This document shows positions 58,068-64,000 of a DNA stretch of 64,000 nt, one piece after another. A program made the position numbers and the translations under genes. Below the pieces are notes generated by a model that searched no databases, had not been told where the DNA came from, and was given only the letters and a program-made list of their open reading frames with translations. Origin of the DNA: Thermoanaerobaculia bacterium (lineage in GTDB: Bacteria; Acidobacteriota; Thermoanaerobaculia; UBA5066); assembly GCA_963719225.1 (NCBI GenBank), contig CAVRAY010000001.1:2528001-2592000 (forward strand), read 5' to 3'. The first letter of the stretch is position 1. Each line of letters begins with the position of its first letter.

Positions 58068-59786
58068 ATGAGATCGGTCCTCTCCACCGCGGCCGCCGCC
58101 GCCCTCGCGCTTCCTCTCGCCGCGCAGACGGGCTCGGTCTCGCGTTCGGTGAGCGTCTCCGTCACGAACGTCGACGTCGTCGTCACGGACGGCAAGGGCC
58201 GTCCCGTGACCGACCTCGGCCCGCTGGATTTCGTCGTGACGCAGGAAGGCGTGCCGCAGGTCATCACGAACTTCTCGTTCGTGAGGAACTCGTCCTCTCC
58301 CTCTTCCCCGCCGCCCGCCCCCGAAGCCGCTCCTCCCGAATCGACGACCGCTCAGGCCCCGGCCGCTGCCCCCCCGGCTCCGGCCGGAGCGCACCTCGCG
58401 GTTTTCGTCGACATGCTCCACCTGACCGAATCGAACCGGAACCGCGCGGTGGCGAGCCTCGCCGAATTCTTCCCGCGAACGGTCGGTCCCCGCGTCGAGG
58501 TCCAGATCGTGACGTGGGATCGCACGCTCCGGGCGCGCGGCACGTTCACGAACGACGGAAAGGTCCTGGCGTCCGTGCTCGAGTCCCTCAGGAACGAGGC
58601 CGTCTTCGGCGACGAGCCCTCCCGCGAGCGGAACCGCCTCTACGGCATGATCGACAGCGCCCTGAACGCCGATCCCCGCTTCCGTGGGCCTTTGATCGAC
58701 CAGGCGATCTCCACCGTGCGCTCGTGGTGCGACAACCGGTCCCACGAAGTGGAGGCCACGCTCGATGCCGCCCGCTCCATCTCCTCGACTCTTTCGGGGC
58801 TCGAGGGCCGCAAGATCCTGATCGTCGTGACCGAGAGGCTCGCGCCGGCCCCCGGCCGCGAGCTCTGGGATTACTTCCAGCGGGGTCTCGAGCGGATCTC
58901 GAGGAGCCAGAGGTCCTCCGTGACGAGCATGAATCTCAACGACCTGACGTGGAAGGACTTCGACCGCTCTCCCTCGTTCCGGCGGCTCGCGACCGCGGCG
59001 AACGGAGCGGGCGTCTCTCTCTTCATGGTCGACGCTTCGGGTCTCACGGGCGACGCGACTCTTTCGGCGGAGTTCGGTGGCACGGGGGGATCCGTCAACG
59101 AAGGGCTCGCGACGCTCGACGCGGAGTCGGCACTCCACCTGCTCGCGGAGCAGACCGGCGGCGCGGCGATCGTCGGGCGCAACAATCTCTCACTCGCGCT
59201 CCAGAGCCTCGAGCCCGCGTGGACGGCCTACTACTCGCTGGGATTCGAAAGCAGCGCGATCAAGCCCGGCGTCGCGCGGCCGATCCGCGTGACCGTGAAG
59301 AGGCCCGGGCTCTCCGTGCTCACGCGGCGCTCCATCATCGAGCGGACCGACGAGCAGAAGATCGCAGACGCGGTGCTCTCCGGCGTGCATTTTCCGAGGA
59401 CCTTCAATCCGCTGCGGGCCACGCTGCACGTGGGCACGCCGTCGAAGTCGGGAAAGCTCTGGCTCGTTCCGCTGGAGTTCAAGGTCCCGTTCGACAAGAT
59501 CACGCTCGTGCCCGAGTCCGGGCGCGCGCGCGGGAAGCTCCTCTTCACCTCCGCCGCGGCGACGTCCGACGGCCGCATCTCGGACGTGTCCTCGGAGAAG
59601 GTCCCCGTCGACGTGCCCGAGAAGGACCTCGCGGCGCTGTCCGGAAAGTCCTTCGTGTACACGGCGACCCTGAAAGTACGGCCGGGGCCCCAGATCCTCT
59701 CGCTCGCGATCACCGACGAGATCGCGCTGAAGACGAGCTACGTCCAGCCTCACGTCCTCATCGGCGACAAGCCCGCGGCGCGCTGA
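58068..59786 (+). CDS. Acidobacterial-type VWA domain protein
   Basis: VDVVVTDGKGRPVTDL..DF, LEGRK, LAEQTGG, YYSLGF, IRVTVKRPGL. Confidence 0.88.
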   Translation: MRSVLSTAAAAALALPLAAQTGSVSRSVSVSVTNVDVVVTDGKGRPVTDLGPLDFVVTQEGVPQVITNFSFVRNSSSPSSPPPAPEAAPPESTTAQAPAAAPPAPAGAHLAVFVDMLHLTESNRNRAVASLAEFFPRTVGPRVEVQIVTWDRTLRARGTFTNDGKVLASVLESLRNEAVFGDEPSRERNRLYGMIDSALNADPRFRGPLIDQAISTVRSWCDNRSHEVEATLDAARSISSTLSGLEGRKILIVVTERLAPAPGRELWDYFQRGLERISRSQRSSVTSMNLNDLTWKDFDRSPSFRRLATAANGAGVSLFMVDASGLTGDATLSAEFGGTGGSVNEGLATLDAESALHLLAEQTGGAAIVGRNNLSLALQSLEPAWTAYYSLGFESSAIKPGVARPIRVTVKRPGLSVLTRRSIIERTDEQKIADAVLSGVHFPRTFNPLRATLHVGTPSKSGKLWLVPLEFKVPFDKITLVPESGRARGKLLFTSAAATSDGRISDVSSEKVPVDVPEKDLAALSGKSFVYTATLKVRPGPQILSLAITDEIALKTSYVQPHVLIGDKPAAR

Positions 59787-59792
59787 CCTCGA

Positions 59793-60377
59793 CTACCCCC
59801 GAAGCGCGGTGAGGGCCGCGAGCGCGGCGTCCTTCTGGTCCCGGCCCCACGGAGCGCCCACGGACTTGCCGAGCGCCGCGATCTTTTTCGCCAGGCCGCT
59901 GGCGGTGGCTCCGAGGGCCTTTTCGGCGTGCTTCGCCAGCTCTTTCTCCGGGATCGCGACCAGCTTCAGGCCGCAGGCTTTCGCCGCCTGGACCAGCGCC
60001 TCGCGGAACAGGACGCCTTCGGCCTTGTGCATGCGGAAGTGCACGGCGAGGATCTCGTCGGTGCTCCAATCGGGCATCGGATCGACGACGAGCACCGCGC
60101 AGGCCTTCACGTCGTTGTCCCGCTCCCGCTCAAGCTTCACCGCCGCTCGCAGCTCCCGGACCGCGATCCGGTGCGCCCCTTCGACGCCGCGCTTCACGAC
60201 GTCTCGCGCCGCCTCCGGCTTCAGGTCCTCGGCAGCGTGATAGGGCTGTTTCGCCCACGCTTGATCGACGAGCTCGAGTCGGCGCCGGTCGACCACGGCG
60301 ACTCCGCCGTCTCCTTTCCCGAGGACGACCAGAGCCGCCCAGCCCGAATGGGCCTTCAGCCCGAAGGCGACGTTCAC
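59793..60377 (-). CDS. Hypothetical protein (possible RNase H-like fold)
   Basis: GTGA overlap with the upstream gene, FGLKAHSGWAALV..QPYHAAE..HKAEG..PWGRDQK. Confidence 0.75.
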   Translation of the reverse strand: MNVAFGLKAHSGWAALVVLGKGDGGVAVVDRRRLELVDQAWAKQPYHAAEDLKPEAARDVVKRGVEGAHRIAVRELRAAVKLERERDNDVKACAVLVVDPMPDWSTDEILAVHFRMHKAEGVLFREALVQAAKACGLKLVAIPEKELAKHAEKALGATASGLAKKIAALGKSVGAPWGRDQKDAALAALTALRG

Positions 60378-60970
60378 GGGGCGGTCGCGCCGCGCACGAC
60401 GTGCGTCACGCCGTCGGGCTCGTAGCGCAGGAATACGTTCCCGTTGCCGAAGGTCCGCGTCGTGGTCAGCTGCAGGGACATCTTCTTTTTGACGCCCTCG
60501 AACATCGTCCTCCCTTCGCCGAGGACGACGGGAGTCACGACGATCTGATACTCGTCGATCAGGCCTTCCTGCGCCAGCCGCGAAACGATGCTGCCGCTTC
60601 CCATGATCACCATGTCCTCCCCGGACTCTTCCTTCATCTTTCTCATTTCCGCAGCCGGATCGCCTTTCACGAGCTTCGTGTTGTTCCACGTCGCTTCGTC
60701 GAGCGTTCGCGAGAACACGACCTTCGGCAGGTTGTTCATCCGTTCGGCGACGATCGGAGCGGCCTCGAGCGCCGCCGGGGTGGGCCAGAAGCTCGCCATC
60801 ATCTCGTACGTCACCCTGCCGAACACGAGGACGCCGCCGCCTTTCGCGTTTTCGGCGGTGAAGGCATTCCACTCCGCGTCGTCACGGCTCTTCGCCCAGC
60901 TGAGATCGCCGTTTCGGCCGGTGAAGTAGCCATCCAACGTCACGCTGTTGAAGACCGCCAGTTTCCGCAT
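60374..60970 (-). CDS. Dihydrofolate reductase-like (RibD C-terminal) protein
   Basis: SVTLDGY, FGRVTYE, GSGS, LIDEY..PVVLGEG, GAGGAGG SD. Confidence 0.9.
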   Translation of the reverse strand: MRKLAVFNSVTLDGYFTGRNGDLSWAKSRDDAEWNAFTAENAKGGGVLVFGRVTYEMMASFWPTPAALEAAPIVAERMNNLPKVVFSRTLDEATWNNTKLVKGDPAAEMRKMKEESGEDMVIMGSGSIVSRLAQEGLIDEYQIVVTPVVLGEGRTMFEGVKKKMSLQLTTTRTFGNGNVFLRYEPDGVTHVVRGATAP

Positions 60971-60998
60971 ACCCCTCCTCTCCGATTGCCGCCACCCG

Positions 60999-61511
60999 CT
61001 ACGCCTGATCTCCTGCGACGAGGATCGCGATTTCTGTGCGCCAGTTCTTCGGATTCGTCTCCTCGGGCGGGCCAACGAGATAATGCTCGACGCGACCGCT
61101 CCACCGGGTCACCTTGCCATCCTCGGCGACCTGCCATTTCAATTTCTTCCCTTTGCCCCAATCGAGTAGAGCCGCGGTCGTCTTCACGAGAGCGTCATAC
61201 GGCCCGAGATGCACCACGGTCGCGAAGGTGCCGGCAGGGATGGCGCCGGCGCGAACCCGCTCGTCCGCCGGCAGAGTCGCCTCCTCGATGGGGATTCCCA
61301 CGTCGATCTCGACGCGATCGGTGTCGTAGTCGACGACGAGATAGCGGATCAAGGGAGGCCCGGCGGCGCTGTTCCGATGTTTCTGAAGGAATGCCTGCAG
61401 CGCGGACAAGGTGGGAGGCACGATCTCGGGAAGGCCCTCTCGCATCGCCTGCTCGCGGATGCCCGCGTACGGCCGAGCTTCCCGCTTCACGAATTTCGGT
61501 TCGATTTCCAT
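60999..61511 (-). CDS. GyrI-like small-molecule-binding protein
   Basis: AGPPLIRY, IPAGTFATVVHLGPYD, EHYLVGP..WRTEI. Confidence 0.85.
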   Translation of the reverse strand: MEIEPKFVKREARPYAGIREQAMREGLPEIVPPTLSALQAFLQKHRNSAAGPPLIRYLVVDYDTDRVEIDVGIPIEEATLPADERVRAGAIPAGTFATVVHLGPYDALVKTTAALLDWGKGKKLKWQVAEDGKVTRWSGRVEHYLVGPPEETNPKNWRTEIAILVAGDQA

Positions 61512-61518
61512 GCCCGGA

Positions 61519-61884
61519 TCAGCCGGACTCCTGGTAAAGCCCGAGGACATTTCCCGCGGGATCGCGAAACCGGGCGGTCTTCTCGCTGGCGTCGGCGCCG
61601 ACGGGCTGCACGATCTCGCCCCCATGAGCCTTGATCGCCTCGATGGTCGCGCCGATGTCGTCGACCATGACGTAAACGAGCAACCCCGGCTGGCCGGAGG
61701 GCGGCCGGCCGGTGACCCACGTGCCACTGACCTGACCCGTGGCGTCGTCGAAAGCAGCCTTCCCGTCGCCGCGCGTGCGGACCTGCCAGTGGAATACCGC
61801 TTCGTAGAAGGCGATGGAACGAGGCACGTCGGCGGCGGGGATCTCGACGTAGCAGATCTTTCCGTTCGTGAGCGTGGGAGGCAT
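61519..61884 (-). CDS. VOC/glyoxalase family protein
   Basis: YVEIPAADV..FYEAVF, VDDI, FRDPAGN, AAGGAG SD. Confidence 0.9.
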   Translation of the reverse strand: MPPTLTNGKICYVEIPAADVPRSIAFYEAVFHWQVRTRGDGKAAFDDATGQVSGTWVTGRPPSGQPGLLVYVMVDDIGATIEAIKAHGGEIVQPVGADASEKTARFRDPAGNVLGLYQESG

Positions 61885-61978
61885 CGGCGCTCCTTGGAAC
61901 TGCGTTCGACCGGCCGGACGATATCAAGCACCGCAAAGAGCGGAGCCCGCTTGACTCCGCACGCCCGCCTGACCCGCG

Positions 61979-62764
61979 TCACCTCCCGAGGAATGCCTCG
62001 ATGATCGCCGTCACGAGAGCCGGGACCCTGCTGTCCCCGTCCGGAGCACAGGCCTCTCCGATGTAATCCCCGTGCCCGCCCGGCAGGATGGCCAGCTGGG
62101 CGTGCGGCAGCGTCCGCGACAACGCCAGCGCGTGCTCCGCACGCACCACTTCGGCGTCACCGTTGAGGACGAGCGCCGGCGCCCGAATCGCCTTGATGTC
62201 CGCGTCGTCGATGTCCTTGAAGGCCTTCATCCGGGCGACGTCCCGGTCGAACATCCTCCGGAGTCCCTCGGGGTCCGGGTTGGCCGCGAGGTAGGCATCC
62301 TTCAGCGGCTGCGGCATGTTCTCCAGGGAAGCCTGCTGCATCCCCCCGAAGAACCCGGGCTGCATCCCGGAGCGTCTGTACGTGGTGGACGCCAGCACCA
62401 GCTTGTTCACCAGTTTGGGATGGCGGATCGCGATCTGGAGGCAGGTGGTGCCTCCGTTGCTGAAGCCCATGAAATCGGCTTTTTCGACATGGATCGTCTC
62501 GAGCAGCGCGGCCACGTCATCCGCGTCCTGCTCGAAGCTCAGAGGGCGGTCGAGATCCGGGGTATGCCCGTGAGCCTGCAGCTCCATGGCGATCACCCGA
62601 TGCGTTTTCGCCAGGTCCGGGAGGATGCGGCCGAACGTGGACACGATGGTGGATCCACCCCCGTGCAGCAGCACCAGAGGCCGGCCTCTGCCGTGGATCT
62701 CGTAATACATCTTCAGACCGTTAACGGTCGCCGTGTGGCCTGGTCGTCCCTGGTCGCGTGTCAC
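61979..62764 (-). CDS. Alpha/beta hydrolase
   Basis: MYYEIHG, LLHGG, GHGHT, GFSNGG, PGGHG. GTG overlaps the upstream stop. Confidence 0.88.
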   Translation of the reverse strand: MTRDQGRPGHTATVNGLKMYYEIHGRGRPLVLLHGGGSTIVSTFGRILPDLAKTHRVIAMELQAHGHTPDLDRPLSFEQDADDVAALLETIHVEKADFMGFSNGGTTCLQIAIRHPKLVNKLVLASTTYRRSGMQPGFFGGMQQASLENMPQPLKDAYLAANPDPEGLRRMFDRDVARMKAFKDIDDADIKAIRAPALVLNGDAEVVRAEHALALSRTLPHAQLAILPGGHGDYIGEACAPDGDSRVPALVTAIIEAFLGR

Positions 62765-63438
62765 CTCGGAGTGCGCTGCGGCGCGGCGACGCCTTTGATG
62801 AACAGCCACAGGGCCAACGCCACCTCGAACAGAATCATGGGGAACCACATGAACGACGTCACCGGACCGCCCAGCAGTCCCGCGAGCTGCAAAGGAAAGC
62901 ACACCGCGACCAGAATCGACGCAAGCACCCCGAGCCAGCCCAGCGCGACCGGAACCATCCGGCCGCGGAGGAGGAGCCACGAGAACAGCGTGCTCCCCAG
63001 GGCGAAGAAGGCCGCGCTCGCGTTGAACGATCCTTCCATCTTCAGGAGGTAGGCACCGAGCGCGGATGATCCCCCCGCGTCGAGCGCGGTCGCGTCGGTT
63101 GCCGTCGCGAGCCAGAGAAGGCCGAGCGTCTTCGACACGTCCATGCCGCCGATGCCTTCGGCCACGCGACAGGCCAGGGCCAGCATCGCGAGATCGGGAT
63201 CCTGATCCCGGGTGATCGCGTAAAGCGTCACGGCCAGCACGAGGGCGCAGAAATTCCCAAGGAGACCGAGCAGGATCGTGAGTCGCACGTCCGTCGCATG
63301 CTGGGCGATGCCCGCGAGCTGCGCGGCAACGCCGACTCCCCTGGTCGCCCGGGCGAACAGGGTCAGGCTCGCGAAGGTGACCGCGATGTAAACGAGGAAC
63401 GTGACGCCGGCGATTCTCGCGTTCGTCGCGCGCGTCAT
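62761..63438 (-). CDS. DUF4386-like membrane protein
   Basis: ARIAGVTFL, multiple TMs, FEVALALWLFIKG. Start MTRATN. Confidence 0.8.
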   Translation of the reverse strand: MTRATNARIAGVTFLVYIAVTFASLTLFARATRGVGVAAQLAGIAQHATDVRLTILLGLLGNFCALVLAVTLYAITRDQDPDLAMLALACRVAEGIGGMDVSKTLGLLWLATATDATALDAGGSSALGAYLLKMEGSFNASAAFFALGSTLFSWLLLRGRMVPVALGWLGVLASILVAVCFPLQLAGLLGGPVTSFMWFPMILFEVALALWLFIKGVAAPQRTPR

Positions 63439-63469
63439 GTGGCTAACGTCATCAAGCGCAGAGTCGGGT

Positions 63470-63727
63470 TCATCGAGGCCTGGACTTGAGCCAGGCCCAG
63501 CGAAAGACGGCGAAGACCAGCGTCTGGCCTGCGAACTGTAGGCCATAGAGAGGCACCGGGCTCAGAAAGTCCTGAAAGAGCAGCGGGATTACGAACGGCC
63601 ACCGCGCCGAAAACGAGCGCGCGGAGGAAGAGACGCGGGGGCCGTTCTCGACCCAAAAGCGCAGACTCTTCTCGAGATCGGCGCTGGGGATGACAGATAT
63701 GCACGATCTAACGGTCATAGGTGTCAT
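63470..63727 (-). pseudogene. Chimeric remnant: VOC-like N-terminus fused to a membrane-protein C-terminus
   Basis: SCISVIPSADLEKSLRFWV resembles the first glyoxalase strand/helix, then abruptly a hydrophobic segment. Confidence 0.4.
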
Positions 63728-64000
63728 CTCCCGGGCTGGTTGGCAGGACGATCGCAGTTGCGCACTCTCGGCTCATGGTACATATCGATCGATGCGCATA
63801 GTTCATGCCTGCCTGATGAGGCCGCGGTTTTCTTTAAGCCGTTGTTCACCGGTTCTAAGGGAGCCCGCTGCGCCCAGACGGCGTAGTGCAACCTCGACGG
63901 CGTTACTCATTCGCCTGTGTCTTGTTCGTCACAAGCGGCTGTTCGCCTTTTGCGGTCTCGAAATCTCGCTGTGACAGGTGTCGAGGGCAACGCCGCTGGA

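Noticed and set aside
63730-64000. Gene at the right edge
   Set aside because: Lower-GC sequence with only short frames; cannot be called without the adjacent sequence.

Overview
High-GC bacterial chromosomal segment, most likely Acidobacteriota (Thermoanaerobaculia-like). This is inferred from an acidobacterial-type VWA protein, DUF6600/DUF4097-type secreted proteins and the large secreted beta-propeller proteins. The first 21 kb is mostly minus-strand housekeeping: TPR/PilF-like lipoprotein, HD-GYP protein, aroB, aspS, hisS, gamma-CA, recN, pepA, purC, radA, mlaDFE, alr, dnaB. The rest holds metabolism (pyk, folE, a 2-oxoacid:ferredoxin oxidoreductase, a fused Kgd/SucA, a type II PanK, a MetX-family enzyme), secreted hydrolases and surface proteins, and a string of small accessory genes at the right end. 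I saw no rRNA, tRNA, CRISPR array, transposase or integrase. Signals the gene list does not explain: (1) a recurrent AT-rich quasi-palindrome (about CCTTCTAAGAAAATC), clustered inside core genes and written with rare codons; (2) an intergenic DnaA-box plus IHF element; (3) many TANNNT-N6-9-start, apparently leaderless promoters; (4) a MenA1/MenT1-like toxin-antitoxin pair; (5) two orphan toxin-like single-gene insertions (LysM-like plus an unknown domain, and an anthrax-lethal-factor-like zincin); (6) a probable CTG-initiated alr; (7) single-G frameshifts. All family calls come from reading motifs by eye, not from database searches.
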